Shown here: in pieces, positions 38,700 to 48,205 of the stretch
Position numbering within the stretch: the first letter of the stretch is position 1
How the letters are laid out: each line of letters starts with the position of its first letter
The notes under the pieces: generated by a model
Seen by the model: only the letters and a program-made list of their open reading frames with translations
Databases searched by the model: none
Told to the model about the DNA's origin: nothing
IMG/VR virus record: IMGVR_UViG_3300037400_004242
Strand: one strand, 5' to 3'
DNA: 64,000 nt
Origin: a virus
Lineage: Duplodnaviria; Caudoviricetes
Made by a program: the position numbers and the translations under genes

Positions 38700-40379
38700 A
38701 TGTTAAAATATCTAGATAATTATCAAGGTATAGATTCTTTAAAAAATATGTCATTTGATGATTTGAATGGGTTAATTAAAGATATAGAAATATTAATATT
38801 AAAAAGATGCGAAACAATTGGAGGGCATTTAGCAACTAATATTAGTAATGTAGAAAGTGTTGTAATGTTATATCGCCATTTTAATCCTAAGAATGGATAT
38901 ATTGTGTATGATACTGCCCATGAAGGTTATACACATAAGATTTTAACCGATAGAAAAGATGTTTTTTTAAACAAATTAAAAGTTGGAACGTTAACAACAC
39001 CAAGAGAATCAAAATATGATTGTGTTGGATGTTCACATGGTGGAGTTGGTGCTTCATATTTATGTGGATTTGCTAAAGCAACAGATAAGCCATGCGTACT
39101 ATATGTTGGTGATGGCACGTTAACAAATGGCACAGAATTGGAAGGGCTAAATCAAATTGCTATGTTAAAAAGAAATGTTGTTATTGTGGTTAATGATAAC
39201 AGAATAACAATTATGTCTAGTTCTGGTGGAGTTTATAAACATTTAAATCAAGATTTTTTTAATTCTTTTGGTTTAGATTATATTGAAGTAAAAAATGGAT
39301 ATAACTTAAAAGAATTAGATAAAGCATATGATAAAGCATTTTCTGTTAATCATCCAATTGTTGTGCATGTACATACTGTAAAAGGTAAAGGTTATATTTA
39401 TTCAGAAAAGAATCCTACAAAATGGCATTTTTGTGATGAAGGTTTTAATGTATTAAAGGGAGACAATCATTATGCCGAAGGCGAATTACTAGATTTGTTA
39501 GATGATGTTATATCTGATATAATGAAAAAGAAACAAAATGTATATGCAGTTTCAACTTCGATGCCAGATTTGGGATTTGGGGAAAAAGTACAATCTTTTA
39601 AAAATAGATATTATGATGTTGGTATGGCAGAAGAACACGCATTTGTAGAATCTTGTGGTATTTCTCTTGCTGGTGGATATGCAATATTAGGAACATATTC
39701 AACATTTTCTCAAAGAATGTATGATATGATAATGACTTGTGGTACATTTGATAATATTAATATGACAATTCTTTTGCATGAAAGTGGTGTGAAGGAGAAT
39801 AATATATTTCAAAATGGGATGTATGATATATCAATGTTTAATCAGTCTCCGTATATTACAGAATTGTGCCCAGTAACAATGAATGATATTATATCAATGT
39901 TATATTATACAACATCTCAAAAAGGTATTTATGTTATTCGTATTCCAAATGGAATAGATGAAATAAATAATGAAAAATTGTATTTTGATAAAAATAGTTC
40001 TATGCAAATTCTTTCGTCAAATAACACAGATTTGATTTTTATAGGAATAGGAAAATCTATTTATGAAGCTAAGAAATATTCAGAGAAATATCCGTCAACA
40101 TTAATTTGCAGTATATCTAATCAATTAAATACTGAAATTTTAGATAATTTTAAAAAATCAAAATTAATTGTTGTGTTTGAAGATGGAATAGTTAGTGGTG
40201 GATTTGGAGATAAAATTAATAGATATTTTGCTTTAGATGATGTTAAAGTTTTGCCTGTAGGAATATCAAATTATAATTATTTTGGCAATCCAAATGATAA
40301 GAATATAGAAGATATTTATAAAGAAAATGATATTGATTTTGACTCTATTTGTAAAAAAATTGATAGTGTGATAAAATGA
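38700..40379 (+). CDS. DXS/transketolase-like ThDP-dependent enzyme (divergent acceptor site)
   Basis: GGHL, HKILT, GDG...NDN, HTVKGKG, DVGMAEEH, YSTFSQR; DRAG and YPRG replaced by HESG and IPNG. Confidence 0.85.
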   Translation: MLKYLDNYQGIDSLKNMSFDDLNGLIKDIEILILKRCETIGGHLATNISNVESVVMLYRHFNPKNGYIVYDTAHEGYTHKILTDRKDVFLNKLKVGTLTTPRESKYDCVGCSHGGVGASYLCGFAKATDKPCVLYVGDGTLTNGTELEGLNQIAMLKRNVVIVVNDNRITIMSSSGGVYKHLNQDFFNSFGLDYIEVKNGYNLKELDKAYDKAFSVNHPIVVHVHTVKGKGYIYSEKNPTKWHFCDEGFNVLKGDNHYAEGELLDLLDDVISDIMKKKQNVYAVSTSMPDLGFGEKVQSFKNRYYDVGMAEEHAFVESCGISLAGGYAILGTYSTFSQRMYDMIMTCGTFDNINMTILLHESGVKENNIFQNGMYDISMFNQSPYITELCPVTMNDIISMLYYTTSQKGIYVIRIPNGIDEINNEKLYFDKNSSMQILSSNNTDLIFIGIGKSIYEAKKYSEKYPSTLICSISNQLNTEILDNFKKSKLIVVFEDGIVSGGFGDKINRYFALDDVKVLPVGISNYNYFGNPNDKNIEDIYKENDIDFDSICKKIDSVIK

Positions 40380-41158
40380 AAATTCCTAAAATGACTTTTT
40401 ATATAAATTCTAATTGTAATTTAAATTGCAAAGGTTGTGCTCACTTTGCTCCATTAGCTAAACCTTGGAAAATAAAATTAGAAGATTTTGAAAATGAAGC
40501 TAATTTAATACATGATTTATGTGAACCAAAACAGATTTCAATACTAGGTGGGGAACCGTTATTACATGATGAATTGGACGAAATATTGAAATATGCAAGA
40601 AAAATATTTATAAAACAAAAAATTTCATTTGTAACGAATGGTGTATTGTTAAATAAACATTTTGATAAAGATTTGTTTAAATGTATTAAAGAAAATAATA
40701 TTAATATCCGATTTTCTGTATATCCTATTGATGTAAATTATAATTTGATTTTTAAAAAATTAGATTTATTAAAAATTTCGTATGATATGGAAAATGATTT
40801 TGTGAATAATAAAAACGAGCCGTGGTTTCATTATCATTATCATAATAAGAAAAATAAAACAGCTAGATATTGTTATATACGTGACGCTTTAGATAGTCCA
40901 CAAGTTTATAATTATAAAATTTTTGGATGTGCAACAACGGCATATATTTGTCATTTTAATCAATATTTTAATGAAAATTTTGAGTTAAAAGAAGATGATT
41001 ATTTAGACTTAAAAACATGTTCTATTGATGAATTTAATAAATTTATTCACAATTTGCATAAAAATGGAACATCATTTTGTCACAATTATTGTAGTTATGA
41101 CATTGATGATAAATGGAAATGGGGATTAACAGAAAGGAATAAAAAAGAATGGACATAA
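40376..41158 (+). CDS. radical SAM protein
   Basis: CNLNCKGC, LGGEPLLH, VTNG, extra C-terminal cysteines. Confidence 0.85.
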   Translation: MKIPKMTFYINSNCNLNCKGCAHFAPLAKPWKIKLEDFENEANLIHDLCEPKQISILGGEPLLHDELDEILKYARKIFIKQKISFVTNGVLLNKHFDKDLFKCIKENNINIRFSVYPIDVNYNLIFKKLDLLKISYDMENDFVNNKNEPWFHYHYHNKKNKTARYCYIRDALDSPQVYNYKIFGCATTAYICHFNQYFNENFELKEDDYLDLKTCSIDEFNKFIHNLHKNGTSFCHNYCSYDIDDKWKWGLTERNKKEWT

Positions 41159-42132
41159 AGTTCTCAATTATTATACCTACTCATAATCGACCAAAATTAT
41201 TAAAAGAGAATTTATTATCAATATTAAGGCAATCATATAAAAATTTTGAAGCCATTGTTGTTGATGATAATTCATCAAATGATAATAAAAATAAAAATAA
41301 ACAAGTTATAAATAATTTAAATGATGATAGAATTAAATATTTTTATTTAAAGCAAAATGTGTTGGCTAGAAAAGCTAGAAATTATGGAATAAAAAAATCT
41401 AGTGGTAATTGGCTTCTTTATTTAGATGATGATAATCTTTTATTAGATAACGCTTTAGAAATTTTTGTTAAAAACATAAATACATTTAATAATATTAAAG
41501 TTTTTACAACAAGATATAAATTTTATGAAAATAACAAATGGTATGAAGAAGGAAATGATTTATCCTTATTAAAAAACCCATTTAATTTGTGGAATATTGA
41601 TACATGTTGTATTTTACATCATCGTGATTGTATCAAAAAATGCGATGTATGGAATGAAAATTATATTGTGTTAGACGATTTTGAATTTGTAATTAGATAT
41701 TATTTGGCATATCAAAATAATTATAAATTTATTAATTATGTTTGTATACAAAAAGAACCTGATACATATGCTAGTTCTAGAATATTTATAAATGATAAAT
41801 TAGAATGTTTTAAACGGTTTTATTATGATTATAATAGAAAATATGGATATGAACTGATGAAAATGTTAATTATAAGTGATGATGCCAATTGTTTAAATGA
41901 TATATTACCACATTTATTTTCTTTTTTTTATATTAATATTCAAAATAAATTAAAAAAGGATGATTTAAAAAAGTATGATGTTGTTTATCAATATAAAAAT
42001 GGTAGTTTATTAAATAATATTAATAATTTTTGCGAAGGACATAATAATGTGCCTTTAAATTTTTCATACAAAAATAATAATGAATGGATTTATATCAAGA
42101 AAAATAAATTTGTTGACAATTATGATATATAG
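41149..42132 (+). CDS. glycosyltransferase family 2 (GT-A)
   Basis: FSIIIPTHNR, VVDDNS, ARNYG, YLDDD (DxD), LDDFEF. Confidence 0.9.
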   Translation: MDIKFSIIIPTHNRPKLLKENLLSILRQSYKNFEAIVVDDNSSNDNKNKNKQVINNLNDDRIKYFYLKQNVLARKARNYGIKKSSGNWLLYLDDDNLLLDNALEIFVKNINTFNNIKVFTTRYKFYENNKWYEEGNDLSLLKNPFNLWNIDTCCILHHRDCIKKCDVWNENYIVLDDFEFVIRYYLAYQNNYKFINYVCIQKEPDTYASSRIFINDKLECFKRFYYDYNRKYGYELMKMLIISDDANCLNDILPHLFSFFYINIQNKLKKDDLKKYDVVYQYKNGSLLNNINNFCEGHNNVPLNFSYKNNNEWIYIKKNKFVDNYDI

Positions 42133-42146
42133 AGGAAGGGAAAATT

Positions 42147-43265
42147 GTGATACCTAATTTTACTAATGCAATAGAATGGTTTTTGTTAAAAAATGATTTT
42201 GATAAATGTATTAATAAAGCCTTTCGTGATGAAATGATTATGGATATTGACAGGGAAACAGAAGAACCTGTTGAAATTATACAAAGAGATTTGTTAAATA
42301 TATTTAAAAATTTTATAAATGTTAAATATATGTATTTTTCAAAAACAGGTACGCAATCACTTTCTGTTGCATTAAAAAGCGTTGGTGTAAAAAAAGATGA
42401 TGAAGTAATTACAACTGTTTGGACTGGAATACCAACAATTAGTGCTATATATCAAATAAAAGCAAAACCTGTATTTGTAGACATAAAATCAGATACATGG
42501 AATATAGATGAAAATAAAATAGAGAAAAAGATTACTGATAAGACAAAAGCTATTGTAACGGTAGATTTGTTTGGAAATCCATGCAATTATGATAAAATAT
42601 TAGAAATTGCTAGAAAATATAATTTAAAAGTTATTGATGATATGTGTCAAGCTATGACCGCAGAATATCATGGTAAGAAACTAGGTAGTTTTTGTGATAT
42701 TGCTTGTGTTTCTTTTGGTAGTAGTAAATCTTTTGGTGGATTAGGACAAGGTGGAGCGATTTTAACAAACGATTTAAATTATTGTCAATTGTGTGATAGT
42801 ATTTTAAATCATGGTTCTAAATTGAATGAAAATAATTGTGTTCGTGTTGGAACGAATGGTTATTTAGATTATATGGAAATTATTTATTTGTATGTAAAAA
42901 CGAGAAAATTTTTAGATTCTAATTTGAATTTTAGAAATGAAATTGCTGATGTTTATAAACAAATGAAAGGGTTTACTTTTCAAAAACAAGAAAAAAATTG
43001 TAAGAGCGCATGGTATAAAATACAAGCATATACAACAAATCAAGATTGTTATAATTTAGCAAAAACCCTGTTTAATATAGATGATTTCTTTTCACAAGAT
43101 ATGTGTGATATGGATTTTGGAAAAGAATATAGAAATGAAAACAAGGTGTCAGAACAAATTTCTCATAATAGTATTAGTTTGCCAATGTACCCATTTATTA
43201 ATAAACAAGAGGTTGAAAAGTTGGTTGATAAATATAATAATTTAGCAAAGGAATATGTTCGATGA
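42147..43265 (+). CDS. DegT/DnrJ/EryC1/StrS sugar aminotransferase 1
   Basis: TGTQSL, PVFVDI, DDMCQA, SFGSSK (PLP lysine). Confidence 0.88.
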   Translation: MIPNFTNAIEWFLLKNDFDKCINKAFRDEMIMDIDRETEEPVEIIQRDLLNIFKNFINVKYMYFSKTGTQSLSVALKSVGVKKDDEVITTVWTGIPTISAIYQIKAKPVFVDIKSDTWNIDENKIEKKITDKTKAIVTVDLFGNPCNYDKILEIARKYNLKVIDDMCQAMTAEYHGKKLGSFCDIACVSFGSSKSFGGLGQGGAILTNDLNYCQLCDSILNHGSKLNENNCVRVGTNGYLDYMEIIYLYVKTRKFLDSNLNFRNEIADVYKQMKGFTFQKQEKNCKSAWYKIQAYTTNQDCYNLAKTLFNIDDFFSQDMCDMDFGKEYRNENKVSEQISHNSISLPMYPFINKQEVEKLVDKYNNLAKEYVR

Positions 43266-44350
43266 TTAAAAATTTTGTTAGTACAATTGAATGGTTGAAA
43301 CATAAAAATTCATTCTATAAAAACATGGAAAGGTTTTATCGTGATGAATTAATTTCTAAAAATGATGTAGAACCAATATACGAGTGTGAAAAACAAATTG
43401 AAGAAGAATTTGCTAAACATGCAAATTCAAAATATTGTGTATTAATTTCTTGTGGTACAAAAGCTATAGAATTGGCATTAAAAAGTTTTGATATAAAAGA
43501 TGGAGACGAAGTAATTACAACTCCTTTGACATTTATTGCTACAGTCAATGCTATTCGATTAGTTGGTGCAAAGCCTGTATTTGTCGATGTAAAAAAAGAT
43601 ACATGGAATATAGACGAAAATAAAATAGCAGAAAAAATTACAGATAAAACAAAAGCGATTATACCTGTTGATATTTTTGGAAATCCATGCAACTACGATA
43701 AAATATTAGAAATTGCTAAAAAATATAATTTAAGAGTTATTAATGATTGTTGTCAATCGTTCCTTTCTAAATATAATAATAAGAATATTGGTGGTTTTGG
43801 TGATATTTCTTGCTTTTCTACAGGAGGTACAAAACCTTTTTGCGGAATTGGAGAAGGAGGATTTATAACCACTAATAATAAAGAAGTATATGAAAAAATA
43901 AAATCATATATTAATTATAATTATATTTATAATAATAAGTATGGTACAAATGGAACAAATGGTGAAATGGAATATTTGGAAATTGTGTATTTATATTCCA
44001 AATTAAATGAATTAGATAACATTTTATCTTGGAAAAATGAAATTGCAGATATTTATAAACAAATGAAAGGAATTATTTGGCAAAAACAAGAACCTAATGC
44101 TATTAGTGTTTGGTGTTATATGCAGGGTGTTTTTGAAAGCAACAATAATAGAAATTGTGCAAAAAAAATTTTTCAATTAGGAGATATATATAATAAAACA
44201 ATTTGTGATAATGATTTATATATAAAATATCAGAAGGAAGTTCCAATAGCAAGAAAAATAGCTTGTAATTCCATGAGCTTTCCAATATATCCTTATATGA
44301 ATAAAGATGTGTTAATAAAAGCGATTCAAGAATACAATTCTTTGTTATAA
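43262..44350 (+). CDS. DegT/DnrJ/EryC1/StrS sugar aminotransferase 2
   Basis: CGTKAI, TFIAT, NDCCQS, STGGTK, GEGG. Confidence 0.88.
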   Translation: MIKNFVSTIEWLKHKNSFYKNMERFYRDELISKNDVEPIYECEKQIEEEFAKHANSKYCVLISCGTKAIELALKSFDIKDGDEVITTPLTFIATVNAIRLVGAKPVFVDVKKDTWNIDENKIAEKITDKTKAIIPVDIFGNPCNYDKILEIAKKYNLRVINDCCQSFLSKYNNKNIGGFGDISCFSTGGTKPFCGIGEGGFITTNNKEVYEKIKSYINYNYIYNNKYGTNGTNGEMEYLEIVYLYSKLNELDNILSWKNEIADIYKQMKGIIWQKQEPNAISVWCYMQGVFESNNNRNCAKKIFQLGDIYNKTICDNDLYIKYQKEVPIARKIACNSMSFPIYPYMNKDVLIKAIQEYNSLL

Positions 44351-44369
44351 AAGTTAGGATGGAGTATAA

Positions 44370-45440
44370 ATGATAAAATATTTTTCAAATGAATTTGATT
44401 GGCTCATGACAAAACGTGAAGCATCTAAAATTATTGATGAACAAAGCAAAACTAGAGACTTTATTTGGGGAAAATCATTAGATAGTTTTAAAAATAAATT
44501 ACAAGATTTTTTAAATGTTAAATATGTTGTTTTATCTAAATCAGGAACACAAGCATTGGCAGTTGCATTGAAATGTTATGGAATTGGTGAAGGTGATAAA
44601 GTAATTACAACTCCTTTAACATTTATTGCTACGGTTAATGCAATTCGTTTAGTAGGAGCAGAACCAGTTTTTGTAGATGTAAAAAACGATACATGGAATA
44701 TAGATGAAAATAAAATAGAAGAAAAAATAGACGATACTGTAAAAGCTATTATACCTGTTGATATTTTTGGTAATCCATGTAACTATGAAAAGATTAATGA
44801 AATAGCAAAAAAATACAATATCCCTGTAATTGATGATATGTGTCAAGCGATGACATCAATGTATCATAATAAAAAACTTGGTAATATTTGTGATGTATCG
44901 TGTACTTCTTTTTATCCAACGAAGCCTTTTGGTGGTTTTGGTGAAGGTGGAGCTTTATTTACAAATGATGAAAATGTATATGAACTAGCAAAATCTATTT
45001 TAGACCATGGTTCCGATGATAATGATAATTGTATTAGAGTTGGAACTAATGGTGGATTTGATATGCTTCATGGTGTGTTTTTGGATGTAAAAGCAAAATA
45101 TTTGCCAACTATTTTAGAAAAACGAAACATAATTGCAAATATCTATAAACAAATGAAAAATGTTACTTGGCAACAACAAGAAACAAATGCTATAAGTGCA
45201 TGGGCAAGAATGCAAGGTATTGTAACAGATGAAAAATCAAAAGAAATTATTCATCAATTATTTGAAATAGATGATTTGTATTCTAAAGATGTATGTGATA
45301 ATACATTGTATCAGCAATATCGTAAAGATACTCCGAATTCTGAGTTTATTACACATAATTCTTTAAGTTTTCCAATGTATACATATATGAATATAAAAGA
45401 ATTACAAAATACAGTAAATGAGTATAATTCGTTAGCGTAA
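44370..45440 (+). CDS. DegT/DnrJ/EryC1/StrS sugar aminotransferase 3 (WbpE-like active-site loop)
   Basis: SGTQAL, DDMCQA, CTSFYPTKPFGGFGEGGALFT. Confidence 0.9.
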   Translation: MIKYFSNEFDWLMTKREASKIIDEQSKTRDFIWGKSLDSFKNKLQDFLNVKYVVLSKSGTQALAVALKCYGIGEGDKVITTPLTFIATVNAIRLVGAEPVFVDVKNDTWNIDENKIEEKIDDTVKAIIPVDIFGNPCNYEKINEIAKKYNIPVIDDMCQAMTSMYHNKKLGNICDVSCTSFYPTKPFGGFGEGGALFTNDENVYELAKSILDHGSDDNDNCIRVGTNGGFDMLHGVFLDVKAKYLPTILEKRNIIANIYKQMKNVTWQQQETNAISAWARMQGIVTDEKSKEIIHQLFEIDDLYSKDVCDNTLYQQYRKDTPNSEFITHNSLSFPMYTYMNIKELQNTVNEYNSLA

Positions 45441-45726
45441 ATTTATATAATTTTTAGATAAATTAAAAAAAGGAAATAATATTATTGTTGCTAAAATGAA
45501 AAAAATGCAGAAGACGAAAAAGAAAAGTTTTCCTGATGCAGATGAACGTGATTTGTCATTAAAATATGTTGGAACTAAATAAATTTAACAAATAATAATA
45601 ATGTAAATATATATTTAACAGGTAGTAAAACAAAAATACTATCTGTTATTTTTTATACAAATTTTTTAAATTATGGTTATAAAAAGAAATCAATGGTATA
45701 TTTTTAGTATGAATAAGTCGAAAAAA

Positions 45727-45830
45727 GAAGTGTGTCTGTGTCAGATAAAACAAACTTTTATATTTTTTCTCATTTTATGAGATATTTGATTACAGCAATT
45801 ATCACGTTTTATTGACAAAACACACTCTTA
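45727..45830 (+). promoter_or_regulatory. structured 5' leader of the capsid operon
   Basis: Long-range pairings agtgtgt/acacact, tgtca/tgaca and ataaaac/gttttat enclose the hairpin tctcat/atgaga. Confidence 0.55.
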
Positions 45831-45873
45831 TAATATTATAATATAATGACACATTATTGGAGGTGTTTCTTCA

Positions 45874-46392
45874 ATGGCAATGAATAATGCAGGTGGACAT
45901 TTTGTGTTTGGACCTACTTTTAACTCCACACAGTACGTCCGTGCGGCTATTGAGGGTGTTATCAACGGTTTCTATGACGTTGATGCAGAAAAGGCTAAGG
46001 CTGTTGACGGTAAGTTGGCAGGTCACTTTGCGGCTATTTCTACAGATGGTAAGGTTACTCTTGCAGGTGCAAAGGGTGAAGGTGCTGTAGGTCTTATCCG
46101 TGAAGATTTGAAGGATATGATTAATGCAAGCGGTAAGGCTTCATTCTATATGCTTGGCATGGGTGGCGAATATCACGTTGCTGAGGAACGTCTTGGCAAG
46201 CCAATTACAGATTTTGCAGTTGGTAAGGATATTACTACAGATGCTAATGGTGCTATCGTTCCTGCCGCCGCTGGTGATAAGGTTCTTGGCACAGTCGTTT
46301 CCGTTGGTGAGTTCCGTCAGGGCAACATGTATGAGTGGGCTGGTACAGCAGCTAACGGTGGTTTGTTCCTCGGTTTCATCATGCATAGCTAA
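45874..46392 (+). CDS. abundant capsid-associated protein (decoration/cement-like)
   Basis: Directly upstream of MCP, GGAGGTG RBS, same high-expression codon bias, G/A-rich. Confidence 0.7.
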   Translation: MAMNNAGGHFVFGPTFNSTQYVRAAIEGVINGFYDVDAEKAKAVDGKLAGHFAAISTDGKVTLAGAKGEGAVGLIREDLKDMINASGKASFYMLGMGGEYHVAEERLGKPITDFAVGKDITTDANGAIVPAAAGDKVLGTVVSVGEFRQGNMYEWAGTAANGGLFLGFIMHS

Positions 46393-46411
46393 TTTGGAGG
46401 TTTGAATAATT

Positions 46412-47251
46412 ATGACACAAGAAGAAAAAGAATATTTAATCTCCAATGCTCTTGAAACAAGTGAGGGACGTGCCGCACTTGCTAGTGCTATGGCAAACCC
46501 AATTCGTACATCCCTTGATTATCAGGGTATTGGACGTAAGTTACTCGTTGTTGACCCACTTCCACAGGGCGCACTTCCTGTCTACGACCGCGATGTTGAC
46601 GCTAAGGCGTTTGTCGTTTCTAAGCGTGGTCAGGCTCCAGACCAGCTCGTTGAGGGTGAACGTATCCAGGTTCCAACCTTCGAGGTTGTTGCATATCCAC
46701 AGGTTCGTTTCTCCCAGATTAAGGAACGTCGTTTCAACATCATCGACCGTGCTCAACAGCGTGCTAAGTCAGACATTATGGCTGTAGAAGATGAGACATG
46801 CTTCTCACTTCTTGATGCCGCCGCCGCTTCTGTCAACCCAGTAACGGTTTCTGCTGGCGGTCTTACTCGTGATGCTCTCGCAACGGCTTTCCGTGAGATT
46901 GAAAAGCATGACCTTGCTGTTACGAAGATTGTTATGAATGCACAGGCTTTCGCTGATATTCGTAAGTGGGGACAGAATGAGTTCGACCCAGTAACACAGC
47001 ACGAAGTTCTCCAGACGGGTACATTTGGTCATTTGTGGACTGCTGAGATTCTTATCTCCAAGAAGGTTCCACTCAATACAGTTTATGTACTTGCTGACCC
47101 AGAATTTGTTGGTGTTATGCCAATTCGTCAGGATATCCAAGTCATTCCAGCCGATATTCCTGAAAGACTTCGTATTGGTTGGGTTGTTTATGAAGAAATC
47201 GGTATGTCTGTTGTTAACGGTATGTCCGTTGCAAAGATTACGATTAACTAA
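46412..47251 (+). CDS. major capsid protein (HK97 fold, short, no delta domain)
   Basis: GRAALASAMANPIRTSLDYQGIGRKLLVVDPLPQGALPVYDRD...RLRIGWVVYEEIG; strong codon bias; terminator follows. Confidence 0.9.
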   Translation: MTQEEKEYLISNALETSEGRAALASAMANPIRTSLDYQGIGRKLLVVDPLPQGALPVYDRDVDAKAFVVSKRGQAPDQLVEGERIQVPTFEVVAYPQVRFSQIKERRFNIIDRAQQRAKSDIMAVEDETCFSLLDAAAASVNPVTVSAGGLTRDALATAFREIEKHDLAVTKIVMNAQAFADIRKWGQNEFDPVTQHEVLQTGTFGHLWTAEILISKKVPLNTVYVLADPEFVGVMPIRQDIQVIPADIPERLRIGWVVYEEIGMSVVNGMSVAKITIN

Positions 47252-47281
47252 TTTTAACAACTACTTAAATTTCGATATATT

Positions 47282-47314
47282 AAAAAAGAGACACTTGATT
47301 GTGTCTCTTTTTTT
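47282..47314 (+). terminator. rho-independent terminator after MCP
   Basis: aaaaaagagacac-ttgatt-gtgtctcttttttt. Confidence 0.85.
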
Positions 47315-47338
47315 GTTTTATGGTATAATATATATTGG

Positions 47339-48205
47339 GTGATGAATATGTTTCTATCCAATACTGTACCTGTAAAATGGAATGGAAAAAATAAACAATA
47401 TTATATTTCTAAAGGTTATGTTTTTACAAAAATTGCAGATACTTTTCAATGTAAAATACAAGATTTATCAAAAGGAAGTCGCGCAATCGTTATATTAAAA
47501 TGCGATAACTGTGGGAAAGAATTTCAAAAACCTTATGGAAATTTAAGAGATAAAACAAAACATTATTGTAAAGAATGTAGGATTACAATGATGAAACGCA
47601 CTATTAAAGAAAAATATAATGTTTCGTGTGTATCAAAATTAAAAAGAGTTCAAGATAAAATAAAGAAAACAAATTTAGAAAGGTATGGCTGTGAACATCC
47701 TATGCAAAACAAAGATGTATTAAAGAAACAACAAATGACAAACAAAAAACGTTATGGGCATATCACTCCATTGTTAAACACACAAGTTAATCCACATATT
47801 TATCAAAAATTTTCATATATGCAAAAACATATTTGTGAATTAGTCTACGGAACGCTAAATTATTATGAACATGGATTTTATATTGATGTAGCTTTAGTAA
47901 AAGAACATATTGCTATTGAATATGATGGTGGTGGGCATGATTTATCTATAAAACTTCATGCTTGTACACCTGAGCAATTTCAAAAAAAAGAAATTCAAAG
48001 AACAGAAATATTGCAAAGAAGCGGGTGGAAACTTATTCGTATTATTAATAAAAAAGATTTGCAAATTGAAAACGCATTATTGCGTTTGTTTATTAATTAT
48101 TCTAAAATGTATTTAAATAAAGGCCATCATTGGATTCATGTAGATTTTGATAAGCATGAAGTTCGTACATCGCAATTTACAAAAAGTTTTGGGGAGTTGG
48201 AATGA
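47339..48205 (+). CDS. putative homing endonuclease (Vsr/DUF559-like PD-(D/E)XK) with zinc ribbon
   Basis: CDNC...CKEC; TNLERYG repeats; IDVAL...IAIEYDGGGH...GWKLIRI; extended -10 TGGTATAAT upstream. Confidence 0.7.
   Translation: MMNMFLSNTVPVKWNGKNKQYYISKGYVFTKIADTFQCKIQDLSKGSRAIVILKCDNCGKEFQKPYGNLRDKTKHYCKECRITMMKRTIKEKYNVSCVSKLKRVQDKIKKTNLERYGCEHPMQNKDVLKKQQMTNKKRYGHITPLLNTQVNPHIYQKFSYMQKHICELVYGTLNYYEHGFYIDVALVKEHIAIEYDGGGHDLSIKLHACTPEQFQKKEIQRTEILQRSGWKLIRIINKKDLQIENALLRLFINYSKMYLNKGHHWIHVDFDKHEVRTSQFTKSFGELE

Noticed and set aside
38700-40379. Calling this gene a true dxs (MEP pathway auxiliary gene)
   Set aside because: Acceptor-binding residues are replaced and the context is sugar modification, so the gene symbol was withheld
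45496-45582. 28-aa ORF MKKMQKTKKKSFPDADERDLSLKYVGTK before a terminator-like hairpin
   Set aside because: No well-spaced RBS and no recognisable motif, so it cannot be supported as a gene
46412-47251. Encapsulin interpretation of the short HK97-fold protein
   Set aside because: Terminase, portal, protease and neck genes surround it, which identifies it as the phage major capsid protein
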